Source: Henriciella sp. | Lineage (GTDB): Bacteria; Pseudomonadota; Alphaproteobacteria; Caulobacterales; Hyphomonadaceae | Direction of reading: 5' to 3' | DNA: 64,000 nucleotides | NCBI GenBank assembly: GCA_965661195.1 | Contig: CBFICP010000003.1 | Span: forward strand, 27,526-91,525 | In this document: one piece after another, positions 1 through 9,908 of the stretch | How positions within the stretch are numbered: the first letter of the stretch is position 1 | Layout: every line of letters begins with the position of its first letter | The notes under the pieces: model-generated | Databases searched by the model: none | Seen by the model: only the letters and a program-made list of their open reading frames with translations | What the model was told of the DNA's origin: nothing | Translations under genes and position numbers: made by a program

Positions 1-202
1 CGCGGCAACGTACAGCAATTGCGATACTTGGTCCTGGTCCGGTCCTGGTTCAGCCAGTAGCCGTTTACTCGAAGATCGTCGTAGCGCCAGGAATGAACGA
101 GCCTCGGCCGACGCATTTGTCGCGGCCATCGGGGTCCCAGTAGCGGGAGCGGAAGGAAAGAGTTTCTGCATGCGCCCTCGTAACGCAAATCGAACTTAGT
201 TG

Positions 203-214
203 ATAACATGTTAT
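203..214. promoter_or_regulatory. Perfect 12-bp palindrome ATAACATGTTAT, candidate TetR operator
   Basis: The palindrome was read directly. It lies about 57-72 bp upstream of the possible TetR starts (271 or 286) in an AT-rich promoter-like stretch. Operator function is inferred. Confidence 0.35.
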
Positions 215-270
215 TTTGTGAACACTGTTTACTTTTTTCAAGTGCGACCTAAATAATCAAGAGACAGCAT

Positions 271-930
271 GTGAAGGGAATAGTGATGTCGACGGCAACC
301 CCGGCGGAACGTCGTAAGGAAAATATACGGCGCCGTATTCTACAAGCTGCCGATGAAATGCTTGCGCAGGAAGGCGCTTTGGGCCTTTCAATTCGGCGAC
401 TGGCGGAGATAACCGACTACTCACCGGCGGCGATTTATCGTTATTTCCCGTCCAAGGAGTCTTTGGTCGAGGAGTTAAAAGAGGCTTTTTTTGCGCGTCT
501 GGTTGATAATTTGAGCGCGTCGGTAGACCAGTCGATACCTTTTGAAACGATGTGCCGGGGAGGCTTGCGGACTTATATCGAAACCGCACTCGAGAAGCCT
601 AATCACTATCTCGCCGTTTTCTCGGCGCCCGTGCCGCCGATCGATACGCAAAGCGACCATGCGAGCATGCCTGAAACAAGCAAGCAGCGTGCGTTCGAAT
701 TCCTTCAGGATCTCGTCAAGGAAGGAAAGGCGACGGGCGGTTTTGACCGTGATCTGAATGTCGATTTGTCCACACGATCTCTTTGGGTGGGATTACATGG
801 GCTGGCTATGATGATCGCACATATGCCGGGTTTTCCGAATTTTAGAGACGGCGACGCGTTCATCAAAACATCCGACTTTATTGATTTTTACATCGACCGG
901 CTTGTCACCGGTCTGGAGGCTAAATCGTGA
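271..930 (+). CDS. TetR/AcrR family transcriptional regulator
   Basis: N-terminal TetR-type HTH (RRRILQAADEMLAQEGALGLSIRRLAEITDYSPAAIYRYFPSKESL). The start could be ATG 286 instead of GTG 271. The TGA stop at 928-930 overlaps GTG 927 of the next gene. Confidence 0.9.
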   Translation: MKGIVMSTATPAERRKENIRRRILQAADEMLAQEGALGLSIRRLAEITDYSPAAIYRYFPSKESLVEELKEAFFARLVDNLSASVDQSIPFETMCRGGLRTYIETALEKPNHYLAVFSAPVPPIDTQSDHASMPETSKQRAFEFLQDLVKEGKATGGFDRDLNVDLSTRSLWVGLHGLAMMIAHMPGFPNFRDGDAFIKTSDFIDFYIDRLVTGLEAKS

Positions 931-2129
931 CTGAGCTGGCAAATAATAGGTTGAGGCAAGACCCGAAGCCGACCGCGTGGAAAGCGCTGGTCTTTTTCCT
1001 CATTGTTTTGTGTCTCGGGGCTGTACTCGCCGTATTTATATGGACGCAGAGGTCACAAGATGGGCCTAAAATCGTTTCTGAAGCGCCGTTGCCGCTAATG
1101 GTGAATGTCGTTGACCTGACCCTCCAGCCATCAGTTGAGTTCAATGAGAAATTCACGGGTCTGGTGAATGCACGACGCAGTAGTGGTCTAGGTTTTACGA
1201 CTGGTGGCATGGTTCAGCAGCTCAATGCTGACATTGGTGATACTGTGCGCCAGGGACAGGTTCTCGGACAGCTTGATAAAAGTGGATTGATGGCCCGGCG
1301 CAACACAGCACGTGCTAGTCTGGCCGAAGTTCTTGCGGCCTATGAATTGTCGGCGCTGACAGTCGAGCGCCAGATTGCATTGGCCGAACGTGGGCATGTC
1401 TCGCCGCAAGCGATCGACACAGCAAGGTCAGCCGAGCAGGTTGCCGCCGCCAGGATCGAAGCCGCCGCGGCACGTCTTGATGCGTTAAATGTCGAGCTTC
1501 GCTTCGCGGAGCTCAAAGCACCTTTTAATGGTGTAATAACAGCGCGCTATCTTGACGAGGGAGCGATTGCCACACCCGGGCAGATGGTTTTTCAAATTGT
1601 GGAAAGCGACCAGCTTGAGGCACGAATTGGCTTAACGCTTGAGCTGGCAAGAACGCTTGAGATTGGACGATCCTATCAATTGCAGGTCGGCACCAGCACT
1701 GTAATGGCGCGATTGCGGGCGATAAACGGTGTTGTCGAGGCCCGTGAGCGGACTGTGATATGCGTTTTCGATGTCGTTGATGGCGCCATGGTATCGGCCG
1801 GGCAGATAGCATCCATTCAATTACCGCAACTGATTATGGAAAGCGGGGCCTGGTTGCCTGTTTCAGCGCTGGCCGAAATCGAGAGAGGGCTATGGTCGGT
1901 CTATATTGTACGGCCGCAGGGTGATGCATGGATTGTCGATCCGGGAGTTGTCGAAATTGTTCATGCCGAAGGCGATCGGGTTTATGTCCGCGGCGGCTTC
2001 CGGGATGGCGATATGGCTGTGATTGACGGTTTGCAACGGATTTCTCCCGGACAGTCAGTAACGCCAAGCACTGGTTCGTCATTCTCTGCGAATGCTTCCG
2101 ACAGCACCATTATCGGTGAGCAGGGATGA
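927..2129 (+). CDS. Efflux RND transporter periplasmic adaptor subunit (HlyD/MFP family)
   Basis: N-terminal membrane anchor (ALVFFLIVLCLGAVLAVFIW), an alpha-hairpin region, and the motif LKAPFNGVITARYLDEGA typical of MFP barrel-sandwich domains. Sits directly upstream of the RND permease. Confidence 0.85.
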   Translation: MTELANNRLRQDPKPTAWKALVFFLIVLCLGAVLAVFIWTQRSQDGPKIVSEAPLPLMVNVVDLTLQPSVEFNEKFTGLVNARRSSGLGFTTGGMVQQLNADIGDTVRQGQVLGQLDKSGLMARRNTARASLAEVLAAYELSALTVERQIALAERGHVSPQAIDTARSAEQVAAARIEAAAARLDALNVELRFAELKAPFNGVITARYLDEGAIATPGQMVFQIVESDQLEARIGLTLELARTLEIGRSYQLQVGTSTVMARLRAINGVVEARERTVICVFDVVDGAMVSAGQIASIQLPQLIMESGAWLPVSALAEIERGLWSVYIVRPQGDAWIVDPGVVEIVHAEGDRVYVRGGFRDGDMAVIDGLQRISPGQSVTPSTGSSFSANASDSTIIGEQG

Positions 2130-2133
2130 TTTT

Positions 2134-5100
2134 ATGAAGACGTTATTTTACAAGCTGCCACGGCTCACCATTCTGGCAATTCTGGTTATTGTTATTAGTG
2201 GTTTTTTCTCGGTGCTGACCCTCGGTCGCCAGGAGGATCCGACGCTGACCGAGCGTTATGGCTACATATTGACCACTTTGCCCGGAGCTGATGCGGAGCG
2301 GATGGAAGCACGCGTCACTGAGCCGTTAGAGCGATTATTACTGGAGTTGCCTGAAATTCAGGAGATAAAGTCATCGTCTCGCGCCGGTGTCTCGCAAGTA
2401 TCAATTACGGTAAGGGAAGATTTGTCGCCCGAGCGCGTCGACAATGCTTGGACATTAATCCGACAGCAGATTGGTGTGGCCGAAGCGGAGTTGCCCGACG
2501 GGGCTTCCAAGCCTTTTATCAAACGGGTCTTTCCCGGTGCGCATACAATGGTTGTTGCGCTGAGCTGGATGTCTGATGAGGCGCCGCCATTGGCCGTTAT
2601 GTCTCGATTGTCTCGTAGCCTTGAAGACCGTTTCCGCAATCTGGGGGCGACCGAAGAGACTGAAATTTTTGGACTGCCGTCAGAAGAAGTCCGGATTATC
2701 GTCGATACCGATGCCCTCGCAGCCAGCGGCCTGTCTCCGCGTGATGCGGCCCGGCGGGTGGCAGCGGCCGATGTTAAAGTGCCGGCCGGTGATGTCCGTG
2801 CTCGCGGCGGCGATGTCGGGATTGAAATTGGCGGCGAATTCGACAGTATTTCGAGGATTCGTGCGGTTCCGCTTGTTCAGTTGGAGGATGGCCGGGCATT
2901 GCGGGTCGGTGATGTCGCCGAGGTCCGCAAAGGCATTGAAGACCCGGTGCAGCAACTTGCCCTTACTAATGGGCGCCGGTCGATTTTTGTTGCCGCTTAT
3001 ATTCAGCCTAATCAGCGCGTTGACCGTTGGTCCGCCTCGGCGCGGGCGATGGTCGAAGCGTTCGCGCTTGGCGTTTCCGAGGATATTTCTGTCGATATTA
3101 TATTTGACCAGAACAAGTATACGGAGAGCCGGTTGAACGGGCTGGCGGGAAATTTGCTGTTTTCGGCCTTGATTGTGTTCGTAGCGTTGTTCTTTGTCAT
3201 GGGCTGGCGGTCGGCGCTAATTGTTGGCTCTGCCTTGCCTTTGACGATCGCTTTGGTCCTGACACTGTTCCAATTCTTCTCGATCCCTTTGCACCAGATG
3301 TCTGTTACCGGTCTGGTGATTTCACTCGGCCTATTGATAGATAATGCGATTGTGATCGTCGATGAATACGATCAGGAACGAAATTCGGGACTTACGATCG
3401 TCGAGGCAATCGAACGTGCGGTAACCAAATTGTTTGGTCCTCTGGTCGCCTCAACTCTGACAACGGCTTTGGCGTTTGCCCCGATCGCATTGTTGCCGGG
3501 CGGTGCAGGCGAGTTTGTTGGCGTCATTGGCACGTCGGTAATTTTTTCGATTGTTTCGTCTTTGTTTATCGCTTTGACAATCATTCCGGCAATTGCCGGT
3601 CTGCTAGATCTACCAAGTCGGGATGGCCTGCCCGGTCGCTTCTGGCGGGACGGTGTAAAATTTGCTTGGATCACCGATGGCTATCGTTGGAGCGTCGAAC
3701 GGGTTCTGCGGTTTCCCGTCTATGGTCTGATTATCGGAATCGTGCCGGCAATGATCGGCTTTACGCTAGCGCAGTCGCTGCCAAGCCAGTTCTTTCCTCC
3801 GACCGAGCGTGATCAGTTTCAACTTGATATGTCGCTCTCGCCACAAGCAACAATCGATCAGGCAATTGATGTATCGCAGCGGGCAACGGAGCTTTTGCTG
3901 GCATACCCGGCCGTCGCTTCGGTTAATTTCGTAATTGGAGAACCGGGTCCGAAAGTTTACTATAATGCTTTTAACAATAATCGCGGCATTAGCGGGGCGG
4001 CTTCGGGTTTTGTTCAACTTGAGCAGGGCGTCGTGTCTCGGGATGTCGTGACCGAAATTCAAGCGATGCTAAGACGTGAGTTTCCGGCCGCAACATTTCT
4101 GGCGTCACCATTCGAGCAAGGCCCGCCATCAGACGCGCCGATTGCCTTCTATTTGCGCGGGGACAGTCTTCCGGAGTTAAGCCGGCTGGGCAATGAGGCG
4201 CGGCGTATCCTTTCGTCAACGCCGGGGATTACGTTCACGACCGCGCAACTCTCATTGGGGGCGCCGACATTAACAATTGAGGCGAATGAAACTGCGGCTG
4301 CGCTGGCGGGGGTTCGGCTGACTGATGTTGCGCTCGACGTTCGCTCCGAGCTTGAGGGTGTACCAGCCGGGTCGGTACTGGAGGGAATCGAGGAAGTACC
4401 AGTCCGGTTGATTGCAGATGCTACCCGGCGAAGTGACATGACTGATTTTCGCTCAATGCGTATAGGCCAGGCGAGAACTGAATTTGGTGCACCTATATCT
4501 GCGATTGGGGATATTATTCTAACACCGCAAAGCGCGCAGATCACACGTCTCGATGGCCGGCGGGTGAACGAGATATATGGATTTATCGAACCCTATGCCT
4601 TGCCGGACCCGATACTGGCCGGGTTTCTTTCGGCGCTCGAGGACGAGAATTTCGAGCTGCCTGCGAATTATGACTTTCTGATAAGCGGTCAGGCCAGCGA
4701 GTCCGATGCTGCGATGAATGACCTGCTCGCCCTGGCGGTGCCGCTCATCCTGATTATGACCGGTGCTGTTGCATTAGTGTTTAACTCGTTTCGGATGGCG
4801 TTTTTGATCCTCGGGGTTGGCGGGCTCGCTATGGGACTAGCCTTTGGCGGCGTCTGGCTGTTCAATTTACCTTTAGGCTTTAATGCGATCATTGGTGCGC
4901 TCGGGCTGCTTGGTATTGCGATTAATGGCTCGATCGTTGTTCTGTCGCTGTTGCAGGCCAATCCAGCGTGTCTGGCTGACGATATAATCGCGCAACGAGA
5001 GACCGTCGTGTCGGCGACACGTCATATTGTTGCGACCACATTGACGACCATGGGCGGTTTCGTTCCGATTATATTAACCGGCGATGTTTTCTGGATGCCA

Positions 5101-5241
5101 TTAGCGTCGGCGATTGCCGGCGGCGTGGCTGGCTCGGCTCTGCTGGCGCTCTATTTCACACCGGCTGTTTTCAGAATTATGACAATGAAGCCGGTTACAT
5201 CGCTGTTACGACGCCTGAACGGCGAGGCTTCGATGGCATAG
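2134..5241 (+). CDS. Efflux RND transporter permease subunit (AcrB-like)
   Basis: About 1035 aa with a TM1 / large loop / TM cluster pattern repeated twice, as in RND pumps. ATG 2134 lies 5 nt after the adaptor stop. The ORF track extends it to 2092. Confidence 0.9.
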   Translation: MKTLFYKLPRLTILAILVIVISGFFSVLTLGRQEDPTLTERYGYILTTLPGADAERMEARVTEPLERLLLELPEIQEIKSSSRAGVSQVSITVREDLSPERVDNAWTLIRQQIGVAEAELPDGASKPFIKRVFPGAHTMVVALSWMSDEAPPLAVMSRLSRSLEDRFRNLGATEETEIFGLPSEEVRIIVDTDALAASGLSPRDAARRVAAADVKVPAGDVRARGGDVGIEIGGEFDSISRIRAVPLVQLEDGRALRVGDVAEVRKGIEDPVQQLALTNGRRSIFVAAYIQPNQRVDRWSASARAMVEAFALGVSEDISVDIIFDQNKYTESRLNGLAGNLLFSALIVFVALFFVMGWRSALIVGSALPLTIALVLTLFQFFSIPLHQMSVTGLVISLGLLIDNAIVIVDEYDQERNSGLTIVEAIERAVTKLFGPLVASTLTTALAFAPIALLPGGAGEFVGVIGTSVIFSIVSSLFIALTIIPAIAGLLDLPSRDGLPGRFWRDGVKFAWITDGYRWSVERVLRFPVYGLIIGIVPAMIGFTLAQSLPSQFFPPTERDQFQLDMSLSPQATIDQAIDVSQRATELLLAYPAVASVNFVIGEPGPKVYYNAFNNNRGISGAASGFVQLEQGVVSRDVVTEIQAMLRREFPAATFLASPFEQGPPSDAPIAFYLRGDSLPELSRLGNEARRILSSTPGITFTTAQLSLGAPTLTIEANETAAALAGVRLTDVALDVRSELEGVPAGSVLEGIEEVPVRLIADATRRSDMTDFRSMRIGQARTEFGAPISAIGDIILTPQSAQITRLDGRRVNEIYGFIEPYALPDPILAGFLSALEDENFELPANYDFLISGQASESDAAMNDLLALAVPLILIMTGAVALVFNSFRMAFLILGVGGLAMGLAFGGVWLFNLPLGFNAIIGALGLLGIAINGSIVVLSLLQANPACLADDIIAQRETVVSATRHIVATTLTTMGGFVPIILTGDVFWMPLASAIAGGVAGSALLALYFTPAVFRIMTMKPVTSLLRRLNGEASMA

Positions 5242-5261
5242 TTTGCGCCAGCAGGTATAAA

Positions 5262-5286
5262 AAAGCCCCGGACCAACCGGGGCTTT
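5262..5286. terminator. Hairpin between convergent genes (aaagccccgg-accaa-ccggggcttt)
   Basis: 10-bp perfect GC-rich stem with a 5-nt loop, between the RND permease stop (5241) and the TonB-dependent receptor stop (5312). Confidence 0.6.
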
Positions 5287-5311
5287 CAGAAAACATGGTC
5301 AAATAGTTCGA

Positions 5312-7579
5312 TTAGAAATCAGACCGAAGCTCGAGACCCCAGACTTCTGGTTCATTTATGAAGCCGGTAAAGCTGGTGAAATCGATCCCGCCCGTTAGTG
5401 CATTTTTACCGGTAATATTGCGACCGAACACGGCAAAATCGAAACCATCATCAGACTGGTAACCGATGCGCAGGCCGCCTTCCCAGTAACCATCCTGTGC
5501 AAATTCGGCGCTTTCATAGAGGAAGAAATTTGTATCGCCTTTATAAGCCCAGTCGGTGAAGGCGTAGAATTCGCCGCCCTTGGCTGGAATTGAATAGCGG
5601 GCCGTAATGTTACCGATCCATTCCGGCGCGTTCGGGAAGCTGTTGCCGCTGATATTGTATCCCGTCACATCACCAGCATCATTCAGGACGGCCGGGTCCT
5701 GCAGTGTACAAGGTACGCCGCAGCCCGGCGATAACAGAACATCATCTTTGATTTCGGTATGGTTGTAAGACAGACCGGCAGTGATGAGGAAATTATCGGT
5801 TGGCGCTGCTTCGAGATCGATCTCGAAGCCATAGGCTTCACCCTTGTCGCCATTTAGGAGCTGAACAGTATTATCGACGCCGCCGACAACTGTTAGCTGT
5901 TGATCCGACAGCTCATAGAAAAAGACATTGGCATTGAGCCGCGCGCGGTCATCGAATAGTTCCGATTTTACACCGGCCTCATAAGACAACACCGTCTCGC
6001 TGTCCGCAATTGATACCGTGTTCCCGAAAACCAGTCGGCCCTGGACTGAGGGGCCGCGATAACCTTGTGCTAACTTGCCGTACAGATTGACGTCATCATT
6101 CATTCGGTAAGTCGCAGACAGATCAAAGCTGACCTGTTCGTCACTAACCTCATCCGAAATCGGACCGAGCGGGCCCGCCCCAAACGGGCTTAGTGTGCGG
6201 GCAACGGAGAAATCCTTCTCATCCTCAGTGTAGCGGGCGCCGCCAGCGATTGTGAGTTGAGTGGTCACATCATAGGCAAACGATGCAAACAGACCGACGG
6301 AATTTGATTGTTGTTGTCTCGTCGCAATCCCGTTCACTGGCTGGCCAAGGGCCAGCGTATTGTAGCTCAGTGAAGAAATCGCCACATACTCGTCGAAAAG
6401 GAATAATCCGGTTTGCGCCGTTAATGGGCCGCCATCGTCATATGCCAGGCGAAGTTCATGTGTTTCCTGTTTCAGGTCGTCGACAGCACCTGAACTTTCT
6501 GACGGGAAGAACAGCGTATCGCCGGGGCCGAAATTACCTGCGCCAAGAAATGCCGCACCGAAGCCGCCATCAATGTCACCGCGAGAGAATGTCTCGGTGT
6601 TTTCGTCGCCGTATATGTAAGTTACATCCCAGCCATTCCCGAAATCCTTCTTCAGGGTGAGGTTAACACCCCATGATTCCTGTGTCAGCGGGTGGCCATT
6701 ACCGCCGTCATAGAAGACTGAGTTGCGGTCAAAATTATCAATTAGGCCACCGCCTTGCGCAATTATATTGGCACGGAAGAGCCGTGCGCTGCCATCATTT
6801 TTCAAGCCATGAATGTTAAGGAGCGCACTGAAATCATCATACGGGGTGTAGAGAAATTGCAGCCGGCCGGCGGTCGTCTCATAACCTTCGTAGACATTGT
6901 TTTCATTGGTAAATCCATTGCTGACATAATTGTCCCGCGTTTGGTGGATAATTGCGGCGCGTGCTGACAGATTTTCAACCAGCCGGCCACCTATCGCCGC
7001 TTCGATTTCGGCTGCGTCGTATGTCGCATAAGATCCTTTAATGAACCCGTTAAACTCGTCGGATGGCTTCACAGAGTCGATTTTGATAATACCGCCGGGT
7101 GTATTACGTCCAAACAAGGTGCCTTGTGGCCCGCGAAGAACTTCGACCGCGGCAACATCAAAAACCGGATAGCCCTTCAGGATTGGATTCTCATATGGAA
7201 CATCATCATAGACCAGTGATACTGGCTGAGTGGAGTTAAGGTCGAAATCTGTATTGCCGAAGCCGCGAATATAAAACCGGGGAAATGCGCGTCCAAACGA
7301 ACTCTCGGCGATTACACTCGGGACACGTGCCGACAGAAACCGCAGGTCCGCACCCGCAGCTTTTAGAACATCGAGCTTTTCATCCGCCACCATTGTCATC
7401 GAAACTGGGACATCCTGTGCGTTCTGTTCGATGCGCTGGGCAGTTGTTACGACAGTTGCGAGGCGCGCTTCGTCGACCGGATCCTGCGCGAAAGCAAGCA
7501 TTGTATTGGGCGCTAATCCGGCGGCAAAAGCGATAATCGTGCTGGCGGTTGTTCTCGTAAAAAATGCTTTTCTAAACAT
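5312..7579 (-). CDS. TonB-dependent receptor
   Basis: Signal peptide, TonB-box-like LATVVTTAQR, plug motif VEVLRGPQGTLFGRNTPGGIIKI, a long beta-barrel region and a C-terminal aromatic residue (ELRSDF). Confidence 0.9.
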   Translation of the reverse strand: MFRKAFFTRTTASTIIAFAAGLAPNTMLAFAQDPVDEARLATVVTTAQRIEQNAQDVPVSMTMVADEKLDVLKAAGADLRFLSARVPSVIAESSFGRAFPRFYIRGFGNTDFDLNSTQPVSLVYDDVPYENPILKGYPVFDVAAVEVLRGPQGTLFGRNTPGGIIKIDSVKPSDEFNGFIKGSYATYDAAEIEAAIGGRLVENLSARAAIIHQTRDNYVSNGFTNENNVYEGYETTAGRLQFLYTPYDDFSALLNIHGLKNDGSARLFRANIIAQGGGLIDNFDRNSVFYDGGNGHPLTQESWGVNLTLKKDFGNGWDVTYIYGDENTETFSRGDIDGGFGAAFLGAGNFGPGDTLFFPSESSGAVDDLKQETHELRLAYDDGGPLTAQTGLFLFDEYVAISSLSYNTLALGQPVNGIATRQQQSNSVGLFASFAYDVTTQLTIAGGARYTEDEKDFSVARTLSPFGAGPLGPISDEVSDEQVSFDLSATYRMNDDVNLYGKLAQGYRGPSVQGRLVFGNTVSIADSETVLSYEAGVKSELFDDRARLNANVFFYELSDQQLTVVGGVDNTVQLLNGDKGEAYGFEIDLEAAPTDNFLITAGLSYNHTEIKDDVLLSPGCGVPCTLQDPAVLNDAGDVTGYNISGNSFPNAPEWIGNITARYSIPAKGGEFYAFTDWAYKGDTNFFLYESAEFAQDGYWEGGLRIGYQSDDGFDFAVFGRNITGKNALTGGIDFTSFTGFINEPEVWGLELRSDF

Positions 7580-7853
7580 TACATCATGGTCTTTCTTGCA
7601 GGCCGGTTCGGGCTTTTGATCGGATGACGGTCGGAAAAAACATGGACGATTTTTCTGTATTTAATTTATCGTAAAGCCGAGAGCAGCCAAGGATTTTTTT
7701 GCATAGTTCACTGCGATTAAAGCGCGCATGAATGTGAAAAGAGCAAGAAGTTCATGACAGCTACCGAGACTTGTGCACCAGACGCCATATTGGCGGCCAA
7801 TGGCGTCCCGGACTCTGCCTGTTTCAAAGGGCGACGAATGTCAGACCGATAAT

Positions 7854-8888
7854 TTAGTCCGTGGTCTCGATGCTTGGCGGGTGTTCTGCCCCAATTGTGA
7901 GGCCGAACGGAATGTATGTGAAAGGTCTACGGGCCACAATCGTATCTGGATCAAGCTGATCTGTAGCAACAAATTCAGTTGGCTCGTCATCATCCTCGAT
8001 ACCTGGAGGAGCTGGCTCAGTTTTACGATTGACGTGGTCGGCCATTGTCGCGATCGCTCGGGTCAGCTCAGCCTCAGTCGCATCTAATTCAAGACCGGCG
8101 TGTTCGAACGCACGCTCGCTTGTTTTATCTGACGCAAGATCTTCCAGTGCCGCGCTGCTTGACGTGATTTCATCACCCATCAGCCCTATCGCATCTGAGA
8201 CCGCGTCATTTTCAGCCGACCCAGTGTCAGCATGACTGTCATTTCCGCCGGATTCATTCAGAGCAAAGTCGTCGCCGGCCCCGAACGCAGATGTGTTCGC
8301 GCCATTATCGTTGATACTGGCTGCGTCTGTTTCATTGTTTGTCGCGGCATGCTTGTCGGCGTCCCGCTCCTGAGGCGCGTGGCTCGGGGTTAAGCTGACC
8401 GCATCACGATCACCGCTGATGTGTTGACCGGCATCGGCGGATTGTTCGGAAATCGGTTCAAAGCCAGCTATTGGCGCTGTCTCTTCGTGTGCAGCCTTAG
8501 CAATCGGCGGCGCATTATCCTGGCGATTTTCGCGAGCCGTATCTTGCGAAAACGGAGCATCTTCGAGACTGGCCAGCAATTTTACGATCGCCGTCTCGGT
8601 CCCGCGTGCCGACCTCAGCGCGTCGTCATACATGATCATTACCAGATCGGCATAGCTGCCGCCGCTGGTGATGATAATTTGTTCCAATTGTTCCTGTGAT
8701 ATCAGTTCGAGTTCACGGTCACTGCCGTCGCGAATACTGATCGAATAAGGCCTCGCCATTAGGACGACGCTGAAGCCGTCGGCGGTATATACAATGCCAC
8801 CTGAATTATTCTCACGCCAGAGTAGCTGTCCCTGACTGGTAACTTCGGCCAGACGTTCGATTAACTTTCGCGTAGACGGGTGCAACAT
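7854..8888 (-). CDS. Hypothetical protein: about 110-aa folded N-terminal domain plus a long acidic low-complexity tail
   Basis: 344-aa ORF with no overlapping alternative. The middle and C-terminal part is strongly D/E/S/A-rich. No family was recognised. Confidence 0.55.
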   Translation of the reverse strand: MLHPSTRKLIERLAEVTSQGQLLWRENNSGGIVYTADGFSVVLMARPYSISIRDGSDRELELISQEQLEQIIITSGGSYADLVMIMYDDALRSARGTETAIVKLLASLEDAPFSQDTARENRQDNAPPIAKAAHEETAPIAGFEPISEQSADAGQHISGDRDAVSLTPSHAPQERDADKHAATNNETDAASINDNGANTSAFGAGDDFALNESGGNDSHADTGSAENDAVSDAIGLMGDEITSSSAALEDLASDKTSERAFEHAGLELDATEAELTRAIATMADHVNRKTEPAPPGIEDDDEPTEFVATDQLDPDTIVARRPFTYIPFGLTIGAEHPPSIETTD

Positions 8889-9024
8889 GCTGTATTTATC
8901 CCTTTTTCGATCCTCGATTTATAGACCCGGGCCATCAGTTTACAAATGCCCTGCAGATATTTGCCACAGGAAATTTTCTTGAAATCCAAATCAATGGACG
9001 GCATTTGGGAGCTTAGCGAGAGGA

Positions 9025-9843
9025 GTGCTTAATCTGGAACGCCTTCTTACCTTCCTGTTTGTATTTGTTTTATTCGTTGTGGCTGGAGAAGTTTGGCCCC
9101 GGCGCCGCAGACTATTGCCGTGGTATCAGCGCTGGCCTCAAGCTTTTTCCATGGTGATGATCGGTACGGTTCTGTCGCGATTGCTTCTTCCCATGGGACT
9201 GGTCGGGGTCGCTTTAATGGCAGAACGAATCGGTACCGGGCTTTTGAATTTCGTCGATATGCCGCTGATCGTCGAAATCTGCGTGGTCGTTTTAGTGCTC
9301 GATCTGGCAGTCTGGGGACAGCATTGGTGCTTGCACAAAATACCGTTCTTCTGGGTGTTTCACCGTGTTCATCACACAGACATCGACTTCGACGCCTTTA
9401 CAGCGCTGCGTTTCCATCCCGGGGAGCTTCTGCTGTCATTAATCTGGAAAGGCTTGGTGATTGTTGCGCTCGGTGCGCCGGCACTGGCGGTGTTTGTGTT
9501 TGAAATTGCCTTAAGCAGCGTTGCGATTTTCAACCATAGCAATCTTGCTTTGCCGGATTGGCTCGATCGTATTTTGCGTCGGTTTGTCGTGACCCCTGAT
9601 ATGCATCGGGTGCATCACTCGTCAGATCCGTCGGAGGGGCTTCATAATTTCGGATTTCTCATTCCATGGTGGGATCGACTGGCTGGATGTTACCTCGCTG
9701 ATCCGAAAAAACCGCATGCGGAAATGGAAATTGGCCAAACGGCATGGCGTACCGCGGCAGACAACCGGATAATAAGCTTATTATGGCAGCCACTGAGCCA
9801 AAAAAGTCATGACATGCCGCGACGTCGTTCCAGTTTACGTTAA
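9025..9843 (+). CDS. Fatty acid hydroxylase / sterol desaturase family membrane protein
   Basis: Multi-TM protein with histidine boxes HWCLHK, HRVHHTD and HRVHHSS. The start codon is uncertain. Confidence 0.8.
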   Translation: MLNLERLLTFLFVFVLFVVAGEVWPRRRRLLPWYQRWPQAFSMVMIGTVLSRLLLPMGLVGVALMAERIGTGLLNFVDMPLIVEICVVVLVLDLAVWGQHWCLHKIPFFWVFHRVHHTDIDFDAFTALRFHPGELLLSLIWKGLVIVALGAPALAVFVFEIALSSVAIFNHSNLALPDWLDRILRRFVVTPDMHRVHHSSDPSEGLHNFGFLIPWWDRLAGCYLADPKKPHAEMEIGQTAWRTAADNRIISLLWQPLSQKSHDMPRRRSSLR

Positions 9844-9908
9844 CGTTACCCCTAGCGTTTGTCTCATGGGCTAGCTAGAAGGGTGGAATTATAAATGAGG
9901 AGAACGCC

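Noticed and set aside
1-171. A possible 5'-truncated minus-strand gene divergent from the TetR gene. ATG is at 169-171 with GAGGG upstream, and the frame is open to the window edge. An imperfect 11-bp tandem repeat ggtcctggt(c/t)c lies at 30..51.
   Set aside because: Only 57 low-complexity codons are visible (MQKLFPSAPATGTPMAATNASAE…). Other frames are also open, so I cannot decide which, if any, is coding. The tandem repeat has only two copies.
2576-3136. A 186-aa plus-strand ORF in an alternative frame. Similar antisense ORFs occur at 10680..11135, 17229..17756, 36180..36662, 51992..52462, 52922..53413, 54746..55219 and 57526..58077.
   Set aside because: All are embedded in genes with strong motif support and have Arg/Ser/Cys-rich composition typical of off-frame translation.
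7580-7853. A possible riboswitch or iron-responsive operator in the 274-bp leader of the TonB-dependent receptor. It includes a TTTAGAA half-site at the start codon and the palindrome TTGGC-G-GCCAA near 7789.
   Set aside because: I recognised no B12-box, TPP or other riboswitch core on the minus strand. Only half of an Irr ICE-like motif is present. The palindrome lies next to the stop of the neighbouring gene and may be unrelated.
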